A DNA stretch of 64,000 nucleotides, from positions 64,001 through 128,000 of the forward strand of contig OZ245011.1 in NCBI GenBank assembly GCA_965223665.1, given 5' to 3'. Every line of letters begins with the position of its first letter. The first letter of the stretch is position 1. Source of the DNA: Nitrospinaceae bacterium. Its GTDB lineage: Bacteria; Nitrospinota; Nitrospinia; Nitrospinales; Nitrospinaceae. Of the stretch, positions 1 to 9,151 are shown in pieces. Position numbers and translations under genes: made by a program. The notes below the pieces were generated by a model that did not search any database, was not told the DNA's origin, and saw nothing but the letters and a program-made list of their open reading frames with translations.

Positions 1-854
1 TCTAAATCAAGATCCTGAAAACCTTTTCTAAGAAAGCTGGCTACGTTGGCATATCTTTTAATTCTTGCCTCCACCGTTTCCTGAAGCAGTTCTTCCAAAG
101 CAGCTTCAAAGGAATAGTGCATTTGAACTGCTGGAGTAAATAAAGGAATGCCCTTTTCCTGAGACTTGTAATTTTTAAATAAATCAAAATATATAGATCT
201 GGACGTTATCTTTTCAAGGCGATTCCACTCTGTATTTCTTACTAAAACAAATGATACTCCCGGAAGGCCCTGGATACATTTGTTGGCCGTGCCAATTCCA
301 AAGTCGATTTGGGAATTATTAAAGTCAACGGGATCACCTGCTAAACTGCTGATGGCATCCACTAATAATTTTTTACCGTATTTTTTTGCTAAGGTTCCAA
401 CCTCATTTAGCGGATTGAGTAATCCAGTAGTGGTTTCGTGGTGAACCATAGCAACCACCTCAATTTCAGGCTTTGACTTTAAGACGTTTTCTATTTCTCC
501 CAAATCTGGAGGTGTTCCCCAAGGGGTATCCACGATGAATTTAGATAATTTATAAGCGTCTGCCATTTTAGCAATTCTTTCACCATAAATACCATTACGT
601 ATGACTAAAATGGACTTCCCGTCACTTAAACAGGAGGAAACTCCCATTTCTAAAGCGGAAGTTCCAGATCCGGAAATTAATACCGCTGAGTAATCATCCT
701 CAATTTGGAAAGCAGTAACAATTTTTTCTCGAATGGACTGTAAGAGCTCGGTCATTTCATGCTCCCGGTGGCACATGTCCCCTCGAAGCATGGCATCTCG
801 AACTTTGTCGGTGACATTTACAGGACCTGGGTTAAGTAGAACTAATCTTTTCAT
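1..854 (-). CDS. 2-aminoethylphosphonate--pyruvate transaminase family (PhnW/AepZ-like, class V PLP aminotransferase), 3' end outside the window
   Basis: Not in the ORF track because it runs off the edge. Manual translation from the ATG at 854 gives MKRLVLLNPGPVNVTDKVRDAMLRGDMCHRE...GSGTSALE...VHHETTTGLLNP...VDAISS...GTANKCIQGLPG. These are PhnW-family motifs including the PLP lysine in ANKC. Confidence 0.8.
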   Translation of the reverse strand, partial: MKRLVLLNPGPVNVTDKVRDAMLRGDMCHREHEMTELLQSIREKIVTAFQIEDDYSAVLISGSGTSALEMGVSSCLSDGKSILVIRNGIYGERIAKMADAYKLSKFIVDTPWGTPPDLGEIENVLKSKPEIEVVAMVHHETTTGLLNPLNEVGTLAKKYGKKLLVDAISSLAGDPVDFNNSQIDFGIGTANKCIQGLPGVSFVLVRNTEWNRLEKITSRSIYFDLFKNYKSQEKGIPLFTPAVQMHYSFEAALEELLQETVEARIKRYANVASFLRKGFQDLDL

Positions 855-940
855 AATTTTCCTTTGTTAACCTAAACTTGTGTAAAAGTATACCATCATA
901 TATTCTTAGTAATTGAAAACAAATTTTTAGAGAAATACTT

Positions 941-1702
941 ATGTTTAACTTGAAAACTCTTATTTTAAGCTTTGTTATTTTGATATCAGGGTGGGAATTT
1001 TCCTGGGCTCTTGGTGATGAATCAAAGTTTATCATTCCCCAAATTAAATATAAAGGTGGAAGTTTTAAACCGCGTCCTTCAGGTATCGAAAGTTTAATGG
1101 CCCAATTAGCAAATAGAACTTCGGTAGAGGTTAAACGGGCTTCCTTGAATGTGAACTTGGTTGACCCTAAGCTTTTTCAATATCCCTTTATTTATTTGGG
1201 TGGTGACGAACCGTTTGAGCCATTTCCTCAAAAGGAAATTAATATTCTCAGAAATTATCTTAACTATGGTGGATTTTTATTAATTGATGATAACTCTGCA
1301 AGAGCCAATTCAGGTTTTGATACCTCCGCTCGCCGCTTAGTGAAAAGGTTGTTTGTTAATACTCCCCTTCAAAGGATTTCTAGAGACCATTCTATTTTTC
1401 GATCATTTTATCTGTTGAATCGTGTGGTAGGCAGGGCAAAGATAAAGAGTTATTTAGAAGGAATCACAATTAAAGGAAGAACGGTATTGGTTTATAGCTC
1501 TAATGATTTGGCGGGAGCATGGTCAAGAAGTAAGCTTGGTTATTGGGATTTTGAAATGATTGGTGGTGGAAATAGGCAGAGAACATTAAGTATTCGGTTA
1601 GGAATTAATATAGTGATGTATGCGCTGACCTTAGATTATAAAAAGGATATGGTCCATTTGCCAATAATCCTGGAACGGTTGCGGAGGTATAGCGCCAGGT
1701 GA
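941..1702 (+). CDS. DUF4159 domain-containing exported protein
   Basis: N-terminal signal-peptide-like segment, YPFIYLGG, LRNYLNYGGFLLIDD, HSIFRSFY, NDLAGAW and a C-terminal GINIVMYALTLDYKKD typical of DUF4159. Confidence 0.8.
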   Translation: MFNLKTLILSFVILISGWEFSWALGDESKFIIPQIKYKGGSFKPRPSGIESLMAQLANRTSVEVKRASLNVNLVDPKLFQYPFIYLGGDEPFEPFPQKEINILRNYLNYGGFLLIDDNSARANSGFDTSARRLVKRLFVNTPLQRISRDHSIFRSFYLLNRVVGRAKIKSYLEGITIKGRTVLVYSSNDLAGAWSRSKLGYWDFEMIGGGNRQRTLSIRLGINIVMYALTLDYKKDMVHLPIILERLRRYSAR

Positions 1703-4002
1703 ATTTTCTCGGGAAGTTATTTGGTTTTGATAGTGAGCAATTTAATGCTTGGGAGATACATTGGGCTCTTCAGAACAATGTGTTAATCCAGTTTGTTTTA
1801 GCAATAATGCTGTTGCTCACATTATGGTTTTTTTGGACTAGCCTTTCACGAATTCGTGCTTTTGGGAAACGAATTTTACTTTTCTTTTTACGGGTTGTCG
1901 TATTAGGTATTGTTCTTCTATTGATTTTCCAGCCTCAATTAGAATTAAAAAAGATTCAGTCGCTCAAAAATAACATTGCTGTATTATTGGACGATAGTAA
2001 AAGTATGTCCATCCAAACCTTTCCCGACGAAAAGCCACGGATTGAACTAGTAAAGAATGCTTTGTTGAACCAAAAGGTGTTTTTTGAAAAACTCAAGCAA
2101 GATTATGAATTAAAATATTTTTTGATTTCCGACCAAATAAAATCGATTTCCGAACCAGAAATTGGAAAACATTATGAACCAAAGGCCTTAAATACTGACT
2201 TTGAAAAAGTAATTCAAGAATTAGCTAAGGAATATAAGGATAAGTCACTGCAAGGAGTCTTGTTGTTTTCTGACGGCGCAGATTTAAGCCAAAATGCTTC
2301 AAGCATTTCTGCTGAAATGACGGATCAATTATCAAAATTTTCTGGTCCTATTCATACCATTCAAGCTGGGAGTAATGATGAATTTAAAGATTTAGCTATT
2401 GAGCAGGTTATTGTTAATGATTTTGGTTTCATTAATCAACCCGTTTCCGTATCTGTAGTTATTCGAGCTACTGGGGTCGGTAATAAAAACATACCTTTGG
2501 TATTGCGAGAAGGGGAGAAAATTTTTGTCAGTAAAACCGTGAAAATTAATGAGGATGTAAACCAATATCATGCTGAGTTGCAATTCACTCCAATGGTACA
2601 AGGAAAACATATTTATTCCTTGACGGTTCCGCTGTTTTCAGGTGAGTCAGTTAAAAATAATAATCATTGGGATTTTCAAATAAAGGTGGTCCGCGACCGT
2701 ATTCGAGTTTTGCATTTAAATGGACGGCCTTCCTGGGATGCTCGATTTCTCAGAGAGGCTTTAACGAATAACCCTAAAGTTGATCTCCTTTCATTTTTTA
2801 TTTTGAGAACTCTTACGGATGATGTCCAGGCACCTACAACGGAACTAAGTTTGATTCCATTCCCGTCAAATCTTTTGTTCAGTGATTACTTAAGTTCATT
2901 TGATCTGGTAATTTTTCATAACTTTAAATATAAGCCGTTTTTGGATAAAAAGTATTTAGACAATATTAAAAAATTTGTAGAGGCAGGAGGGGCTTTTTTA
3001 ATGATAGGTGGAGATCTTGCATTTCAAGAAGGTGGATATTCACGAACTTCGGTGGAAGATATTCTTCCTGTAAAGTTTAAAAGAAATGATAAGAGATATC
3101 TTTTTGGAAATTTTGGTTTGCAAGTTTCCAAAAAGTTGTCTCACCATCCCATCTTAAAATTAGAGCCTGATTTTAAATTAAATAATAAAATTTGGAATTC
3201 CATGCCTCCTTTGCAAGGGTTAAATGTAGGCCTTTTGCCTAAAGCGAAATCTCATGTGTTGATTAGCTCTTCTTCGAAAAAAGGTCAAAATCCTATTTTG
3301 GTTTCACACCGAGCTGGAGAAGGAAGAACAATGGTAGTGGCCAATGATACCCTGTGGAATTGGAACTTTCACCGGGTGGGAAAAGGCGGAAGTGGTAGAT
3401 ACTATCAAAAGTTCTGGGAAAATGTGATTGCATGGATGACTGGGGATCCCGAGACACTTCCCATACAAATTGAAACTGATAAAGAAAAATATAGAGAGAA
3501 TGATAAAGTCTTGGTTCAGTATAAGCTTTTTAAAGAAGACTATAACCCGTTACCGGGTGCAAAAGTAGATCTGATATTAGAATCACTTCCCGGGCATAAG
3601 CAGTTAGCCGTCTATCACTTAAAAACGGACGAAAGAGGAGAAGGGCGAAAAGAAATAACACCAGGAAAGGAAGGCTTTTATTCTGTCAGGGTGGTTCTAC
3701 AATCTTCTAATCGGAGTTTGTCTCAAGAAAGCCGATTCAGTATTGAAAGTCCAAAGGTAGAATTTCAAAAACCACTTGTGAACTCATCTTTCCTTAAAGA
3801 ATTATCAAAGAAAACAAAAGGGGTGTACCAAGTATTAAGTCAAAAAACCCATTGGAAAAATCTAACGTTTCCCAACCCTGAAGTGGAGTTCAAATCAAAT
3901 ACAAAATTTCTATCCTTATGGGATAACTGGTGGTCTTACGGTTTTGTTTTGGGGTTACTGGGCCTGGAGTGGTGGATCCGTCGAAAATGGGGACTCAGCT
4001 AA
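1699..4002 (+). CDS. Membrane-anchored vWA + Ig-like + class I GATase-like (DUF1355-type) protein
   Basis: GTG start overlapping the DUF4159 stop. Two N-terminal TMs, MIDAS motif LLDDSKSM and FSDG, GATase-like segment FVEAGGAFLMIGG, and a C-terminal TM ending LEWWIRRKWGL. Confidence 0.7.
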   Translation: MNFLGKLFGFDSEQFNAWEIHWALQNNVLIQFVLAIMLLLTLWFFWTSLSRIRAFGKRILLFFLRVVVLGIVLLLIFQPQLELKKIQSLKNNIAVLLDDSKSMSIQTFPDEKPRIELVKNALLNQKVFFEKLKQDYELKYFLISDQIKSISEPEIGKHYEPKALNTDFEKVIQELAKEYKDKSLQGVLLFSDGADLSQNASSISAEMTDQLSKFSGPIHTIQAGSNDEFKDLAIEQVIVNDFGFINQPVSVSVVIRATGVGNKNIPLVLREGEKIFVSKTVKINEDVNQYHAELQFTPMVQGKHIYSLTVPLFSGESVKNNNHWDFQIKVVRDRIRVLHLNGRPSWDARFLREALTNNPKVDLLSFFILRTLTDDVQAPTTELSLIPFPSNLLFSDYLSSFDLVIFHNFKYKPFLDKKYLDNIKKFVEAGGAFLMIGGDLAFQEGGYSRTSVEDILPVKFKRNDKRYLFGNFGLQVSKKLSHHPILKLEPDFKLNNKIWNSMPPLQGLNVGLLPKAKSHVLISSSSKKGQNPILVSHRAGEGRTMVVANDTLWNWNFHRVGKGGSGRYYQKFWENVIAWMTGDPETLPIQIETDKEKYRENDKVLVQYKLFKEDYNPLPGAKVDLILESLPGHKQLAVYHLKTDERGEGRKEITPGKEGFYSVRVVLQSSNRSLSQESRFSIESPKVEFQKPLVNSSFLKELSKKTKGVYQVLSQKTHWKNLTFPNPEVEFKSNTKFLSLWDNWWSYGFVLGLLGLEWWIRRKWGLS

Positions 4003-4120
4003 AAGGGAAAGGTATTAGAAGTGTTAAAGGGGTTTTCTTGTTTAAATGACTCCTTTCCTGTAATATCAAAAATAACAGGGCTTTGGGGGTAAAGTCCGAA
4101 GAGAAAAACCAAGAGGATAA

Positions 4121-5455
4121 ATGGAAAAAACAACGCCAAGTGGTCCAACTTTAAGAACCTGGATTCGAGACAGAATATTATTTTTAGCAGTATTAATTTT
4201 TGTAGTAGGAGCTGCACTCTATATTGGCTCCGTAAAAATTTTTTCCCCCGAAAGTATTTGGTTGCATCCAGTAAAAGAGTTTTCTCTCTTAATTGCTATG
4301 ATTGGTGTGGTTTCTTTAGGTTACGAACTGTTCCTCCGCGAATTGACCTTTAATGAATATAAGGAGGCTTTGCAAGAGATTGTAAATCCCCATGCGGTTC
4401 GATTAGGTATTCAGGCCATATATAAAAATCGAGCGGAGTTGGGGCAAGCACACAGCTTTGATAAACTGTTTAAAAATGTGAAGCATGAAATTTTTATAGG
4501 GGGAACCTCGCTGCTTTCCATTTCCACGGGAAGTCGGGACTTACTTCGAGAAAAAGTGTTGAATGGCATAACGGTAAAACTTCTAATCATGGACCCGGAT
4601 TCTGAAGTGACTCAATTAATAATTCAACAAGGAGGGGGAAAGCCGACATTTATAAATGAAATTAAAACATCGATTTTGCTTTTGCAAAAGCTGCAAGAAG
4701 AAATTGAAGATTTCAGTAGTACAAATAAAGGAAAATTTCTGATCCATACTTATAAATCTATTCCTTCTCATTCCTTCATTTCTATGGACGTAATGGAGCC
4801 CGGCGGACTCATTATTGCTGATATAGGTCCTTATTTAGGCAGGAACCATCAACGTCCCAGTATGATGGTTGCTAATAAAAAGCATGGACTTTATGACCAT
4901 TATCGAGAGTTAAATGAAATGATGTGGCAGGAAAGTAAGCCCTTACCAGTGGAAACCCAAAAAATTGTGGGGCCAAAAACTAAAACACAAGTTTTTGTGA
5001 GTGGCCCGGAAACGGAATTTTTTGATAGGGAAAATGAATCTTGGGCAGCAGCTTCCATTTGCCAATTAAATGATGAGTGGAAAGGAATAAAAGGAAGCCA
5101 GTGGGTTTGGATCCGAGATCAAATTACATTAGAAGAAGCTAAAACGGGAAGTCAGCATAAATTTCGTCTTAGCTTTAATATTGAAAATGGCCGTGCCAAT
5201 TCAGTTACGCGGGCAGAATTGTTTGTGCGCAGTGATGACACATGCCATATTACAGTTAATGATGTCAGCTTAAACCAAGATTACGGTGGAGCTGACTACC
5301 CTGAACCGTTTATTATTGACTTTGATCAATATATAAAAGAGGGTCTTAATACCGTCACGTTTGAAGTAATCAACTATGCAATGCCTCAAGTCGAATCTCC
5401 TGAAGAAAATCCCAGCGGTCTGATTTATCGTCTTCACCTTGAAATGCAAGAATAG
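4121..5455 (+). CDS. Hypothetical membrane protein: 2 TM + PLD-like/DUF5919-like domain + C-terminal galactose-binding-like jelly roll
   Basis: Hydrophobic stretches at about aa 19-39 and 52-72. Middle domain IFIGGTSL..VKLLIMDPDS..GLYDHYRELNEMMW. C-terminal beta-rich QWVW..FRLSF..RSDDTCHITVN..GLNTVTFEVIN..NPSGLIY. Confidence 0.55.
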   Translation: MEKTTPSGPTLRTWIRDRILFLAVLIFVVGAALYIGSVKIFSPESIWLHPVKEFSLLIAMIGVVSLGYELFLRELTFNEYKEALQEIVNPHAVRLGIQAIYKNRAELGQAHSFDKLFKNVKHEIFIGGTSLLSISTGSRDLLREKVLNGITVKLLIMDPDSEVTQLIIQQGGGKPTFINEIKTSILLLQKLQEEIEDFSSTNKGKFLIHTYKSIPSHSFISMDVMEPGGLIIADIGPYLGRNHQRPSMMVANKKHGLYDHYRELNEMMWQESKPLPVETQKIVGPKTKTQVFVSGPETEFFDRENESWAAASICQLNDEWKGIKGSQWVWIRDQITLEEAKTGSQHKFRLSFNIENGRANSVTRAELFVRSDDTCHITVNDVSLNQDYGGADYPEPFIIDFDQYIKEGLNTVTFEVINYAMPQVESPEENPSGLIYRLHLEMQE

Positions 5456-5700
5456 TATCTTAATTTAGTAAGGATACTTTGAAATCAATTCGATGCTTAT
5501 TATAACTAAAACCCTAGAATCTGATATCCGACTTCGGGTTGAATTAAAAGGTGTTAGCATTGATAGAGTTTAATCTACTTTAAAGAATATCCTCTTCCTC
5601 ATCTCCAACCGTCTATTATGTTTTAAGGCCTTTAATTCGAATGGGTTATGGCCGTTTTAGTTGTTGTTTCTCGTTAAATTTGGTTCCATTAAATCAATAA

Positions 5701-5729
5701 TTGACAGGGTCTGGTAGGCCTAATATAAT
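5701..5729 (+). promoter_or_regulatory. Consensus sigma70 promoter for the nuo operon
   Basis: TTGACA (5701-5706), exactly 17 bp spacer, TATAAT (5724-5729). Confidence 0.9.
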
Positions 5730-5741
5730 CCCCATTTCCAA

Positions 5742-5951
5742 AGCTTTTGTTGATAGCAAAGGCTAAGTGATAGAATGTTTTAGCTGGGCATATAATAAGC
5801 TGAAAATTATTATTGCCAGAGAAATTTTACTCAAGAATACTCATGGTAGTTTTTTGAGGATCTGATAATAATTAATTAATTTTAAAGCCCTTATTAGATA
5901 GAACCGTTTGAGTTTTGTAAATCTGTCCACTGTATCTACAGAACTTTTTTT
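5742..5951 (+). promoter_or_regulatory. Structured 5' leader (or sRNA) upstream of nuoA, ending in a terminator-like hairpin plus T7
   Basis: Hand-identified hairpins at 5742-5764, 5778-5805, 5805-5873 and 5910-5946, with a T run at 5945-5951. Confidence 0.45.
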
Positions 5952-6002
5952 GTGTAAACCCATTGCTGGCTGAATTGTCTGCATTTTGTTAGGACCTGCT
6001 CT

Positions 6003-6356
6003 GTGACTGAGTATTTATTTATACTTGTATTTGCTGGTGTAGCTTTAGCAGTGGTCATTGGAATCCTGGTATTATCCACCCTTTTAGGACCTAGACGATC
6101 TACCACTGAAAAAGAACTTCCTTATGAATGCGGTATGTTACCTTCCGAAGAGGCCAAAGGACGATTCCCTGTCCGATTTGCAACTATTGCAATGCTATTC
6201 ATTATCTTTGATATTGAAGTTGTGTTTATGTATCCCTGGGCAGTGGCGTTGGATGAACTCAAACTATTTGGATTAATTGAAATGGCGGTCTTCATCGTCA
6301 TCCTTGGAATCGCATATGTCTACATATGGGGACGTGGAGGATTAGAATGGGATTGA
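6003..6356 (+). CDS. nuoA: NADH-quinone oxidoreductase subunit A
   Basis: PYECG loop, [15 protein letters not shown]-terminal GGLEWD; GTG start. Confidence 0.97.
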   Translation: MTEYLFILVFAGVALAVVIGILVLSTLLGPRRSTTEKELPYECGMLPSEEAKGRFPVRFATIAMLFIIFDIEVVFMYPWAVALDELKLFGLIEMAVFIVILGIAYVYIWGRGGLEWD

Positions 6357-6931
6357 TGGACCAAGCGGTCGATTTATTTGAGACCGAAATAAGTAATTTA
6401 AAACTAAATGCAAAAGATGCTCTGGATCAATTTGGTTACGAATTTTCAGGGGCAGTGTATGACAGTATTTTAACTACGAAAATGGGTAAGGTCATTGGTT
6501 GGGCACAAAAAAATGCGCTTTGGCCTGCGACTTTTGGTTTGGCTTGTTGTGCAATTGAAATGATGGCAATGGCCAATTCCCGGTGGGATGCAGCTCGTTT
6601 TGGAGCGGAGGTTTTTCGTGCTTCTCCGAGGCAAGCAGACTTAATGATTGTATCTGGGCGGGTTTCGCAAAAAATGGCTCCGGTTTTAAAACGCATTTAT
6701 AACCAAATGCCTGAACCTAAGTGGGTTATTGCAATGGGAGCATGTTCCTCATGCGGAGGAATTTTTAATAATTACGCGATTGTTCAAGGAGTGGACCGTG
6801 TAGTTCCGGTGGATGTGTATGTACCCGGTTGTCCTCCAGGACCCGAAGCATTGATCTACGGAGTAATTAAACTCCAAGAAAAAATTATGAAAGAAGCCGG
6901 TACTCCAAAAGCAAGGAAGCGAGTGGCATGA
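6347..6931 (+). CDS. nuoB: NADH-quinone oxidoreductase subunit B
   Basis: [30 protein letters not shown] (N2 ligands). Start placed at ATG 6347, after the GGAGG SD at 6336-6340. Confidence 0.97.
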   Translation: MGLMDQAVDLFETEISNLKLNAKDALDQFGYEFSGAVYDSILTTKMGKVIGWAQKNALWPATFGLACCAIEMMAMANSRWDAARFGAEVFRASPRQADLMIVSGRVSQKMAPVLKRIYNQMPEPKWVIAMGACSSCGGIFNNYAIVQGVDRVVPVDVYVPGCPPGPEALIYGVIKLQEKIMKEAGTPKARKRVA

Positions 6932-7458
6932 CCAACGAGGAAATAATTGAAAAAGTTCGCTCGGACTTGGGTGAAGACATTCAGAAAGTAGAAATAACCT
7001 TGGGGGATGTAGTTGTGCATTGCCAACCCTCGTCTCTCCATAAAGTTGCTGAATTTCTAAAGAATGATCCCGACCTACATTTTGATTATTTAAGTGATAT
7101 TTCCGGAGTCGACTATCTGGATCAGGATCGCGAACCACGTTTCGAGGCTGTATATGGTTTGCATTCCTTGGATAAGGGGCATAGTGTGCGAATTCGGGTG
7201 GGATTAGAAGAGGAAGATCCAAAAGTTCCAACTGTATCTGATTTATGGAAAGGGGCTTTGTTTCCAGAGCGTGAGCTTTTTGACATGTTTGGTTTTGAAA
7301 TTGAAGGCCACCCAAACCTGAAGCGTTTAATTATGCCGCCAGATTGGGAAGGACATCCTTTATTAAAAGATTATCCATTGGTGGTTGAGGAGGTGGCTTT
7401 TTCCCATAACCCTGACCATAAAAGTGAATTAGTGAAAGTAAAAGAAGAATTAAAATAG
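6928..7458 (+). CDS. nuoC: NADH-quinone oxidoreductase subunit C
   Basis: [26 protein letters not shown]. Confidence 0.96.
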   Translation: MTNEEIIEKVRSDLGEDIQKVEITLGDVVVHCQPSSLHKVAEFLKNDPDLHFDYLSDISGVDYLDQDREPRFEAVYGLHSLDKGHSVRIRVGLEEEDPKVPTVSDLWKGALFPERELFDMFGFEIEGHPNLKRLIMPPDWEGHPLLKDYPLVVEEVAFSHNPDHKSELVKVKEELK

Positions 7459-7470
7459 AGTAGCTGAATA

Positions 7471-8673
7471 ATGAGTGTTACTGAACAAGGTTTATTAGAA
7501 CGCGATAAAGATACGATGACCCTGAATATGGGTCCTCAACACCCTAGCACTCATGGTGTTTTCCGTGTGGTATTGGAAATGGACGGAGAATTAGTTCAGT
7601 CCACAGATCCAGATATAGGTTATTTGCATACCGGTATTGAAAAAACAGCAGAAGACAAGCGTTATATTCATTGTATACCAATGACCGATCGCCTCGATTA
7701 TTTAAGTCCTCCCCAAAACAATTTGGCATTCTGTCTAACTGTTGAAAAATTACTTCAAGTGAAAGAGTTGCCTTCAAGAGCTGATTACCTCCGGGTAATC
7801 ATGTGTGAATTAGGTCGTATTGGAAGCCATTTAGTTTGGTTAGGAACGCATGCTTTGGATATTGGTGCTATGACCGTTTTCCTTTATGCTTGGCGAGAAA
7901 GAGAAATGGTTTTAGATTTAAATGAAATGATTTCTGGTGTGCGGATGATGACGAGTTTCATTCGTGTTGGAGGCGTGGCAAAGGATGCAACTCCGGAATG
8001 GATTGATGGGGTTAAAAAGTTTGTGGATATTTTACCGTCTCGCATTGATGAATACGAAAGCCTTTTAACAAAAAATCCCATATGGATGGATCGCACACAA
8101 GGCGTTGGAGCCATGAGTCGAGAAGAAGTTATTAATTGGAGTATGAGCGGGCCTGTATTACGTGCTTCTGGTGTGGATTTTGATTGGAGAAAAAAGAGAC
8201 CTTACTCAAGATATGATGATTTCGATTTTAAGGTACCGGTGGGAGAAAATGGAGATATATATGATAGATATTTGGTCCGTGTTGAAGAAATGCGGCAGAG
8301 TCGCGAAATTCTGAAACAAGCTATTGAGAATTTACCAGCAGGGCCCTATAAAATTGAAGATAACAAAATTTCATTACCTCCAAGAGACACCTTGCACAAT
8401 AGCATGGAAGCTTTAATCCATCATTTTAAATTAGTATCGGACGGTGTGAAAGTTCCTCCCGGGGAAACTTATGTTCCTACCGAAGGGGCTCGAGGAGAAG
8501 TAGGTTTTTATATAGTTGCGGACGGATCCAATAAACCCTATCGAATGAAACTGCGCGCACCATCCTTTATGGCAATTCCCGGAATGTGCAAAATGATGGA
8601 GGATTCTTACATTGCCGATGTTGTGGGCATTATTGGAAGTATTGATATTGTTATGGGAGAAGTGGATCGCTAA
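7471..8673 (+). CDS. nuoD: NADH-quinone oxidoreductase subunit D
   Basis: NMGPQHPSTHG, GYLHTGIEK, DRLDY, C-terminal DIVMGEVDR. Confidence 0.98.
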   Translation: MSVTEQGLLERDKDTMTLNMGPQHPSTHGVFRVVLEMDGELVQSTDPDIGYLHTGIEKTAEDKRYIHCIPMTDRLDYLSPPQNNLAFCLTVEKLLQVKELPSRADYLRVIMCELGRIGSHLVWLGTHALDIGAMTVFLYAWREREMVLDLNEMISGVRMMTSFIRVGGVAKDATPEWIDGVKKFVDILPSRIDEYESLLTKNPIWMDRTQGVGAMSREEVINWSMSGPVLRASGVDFDWRKKRPYSRYDDFDFKVPVGENGDIYDRYLVRVEEMRQSREILKQAIENLPAGPYKIEDNKISLPPRDTLHNSMEALIHHFKLVSDGVKVPPGETYVPTEGARGEVGFYIVADGSNKPYRMKLRAPSFMAIPGMCKMMEDSYIADVVGIIGSIDIVMGEVDR

Positions 8674-9143
8674 TGTTTGTGTTTAATCCTGATTCAGAAA
8701 AACGAATTGAAAAGATTTTGGCTAAGTATCCGGTCAAACAATCGGCCTTGCTCCCACTATTGACTTTAACGCAAGAGCAGGAAGGATACATTTCTCCCGA
8801 TGCGATGATTGAAATTGGCAGAAGATTAGATGTGTCGCCAGCTTATGTAGAATCGGTTTGTTCCTTTTATACGATGTACTTCACCAAGCCGGTAGGTAAA
8901 TATGTGATTAAATTTTGCATAAACATCAGCTGTCATTTGAATGGTTGTGACGACTTGTTGTCCTACACAGAAAAAAAATTAGGTATCAAAGCAGGGGAAA
9001 CCACTGATGACAAAAAGTTCACAATATTAAAGGAAGAATGTCTTGCAGCATGTTGTGAAGCTCCTGTAATGCAGGTAAATAATAAATATTTCGTAAATGT
9101 GAATCCTCAAAAGGTGGATGAGGTTTTAGCAAAATTAAAGTGA
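8673..9143 (+). CDS. nuoE: NADH-quinone oxidoreductase subunit E
   Basis: SFYTMY and the 2Fe-2S motifs CINISC and CLAAC. Confidence 0.96.
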   Translation: MFVFNPDSEKRIEKILAKYPVKQSALLPLLTLTQEQEGYISPDAMIEIGRRLDVSPAYVESVCSFYTMYFTKPVGKYVIKFCINISCHLNGCDDLLSYTEKKLGIKAGETTDDKKFTILKEECLAACCEAPVMQVNNKYFVNVNPQKVDEVLAKLK

Positions 9144-9151
9144 ATTGACCT

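Noticed and set aside
5526-5545. cUUCGg tetraloop hairpin as terminator of the 444-aa gene
   Set aside because: The flanking bases do not form a convincing stem and there is no U-tract.
6436-7315. Short antisense or alternate-frame ORFs in the track (for example 6749-7315, 33853-34311, 47974-48336, 53477-53869)
   Set aside because: They overlap well-supported conserved genes and show no recognisable motifs, so I treated them as shadow ORFs.
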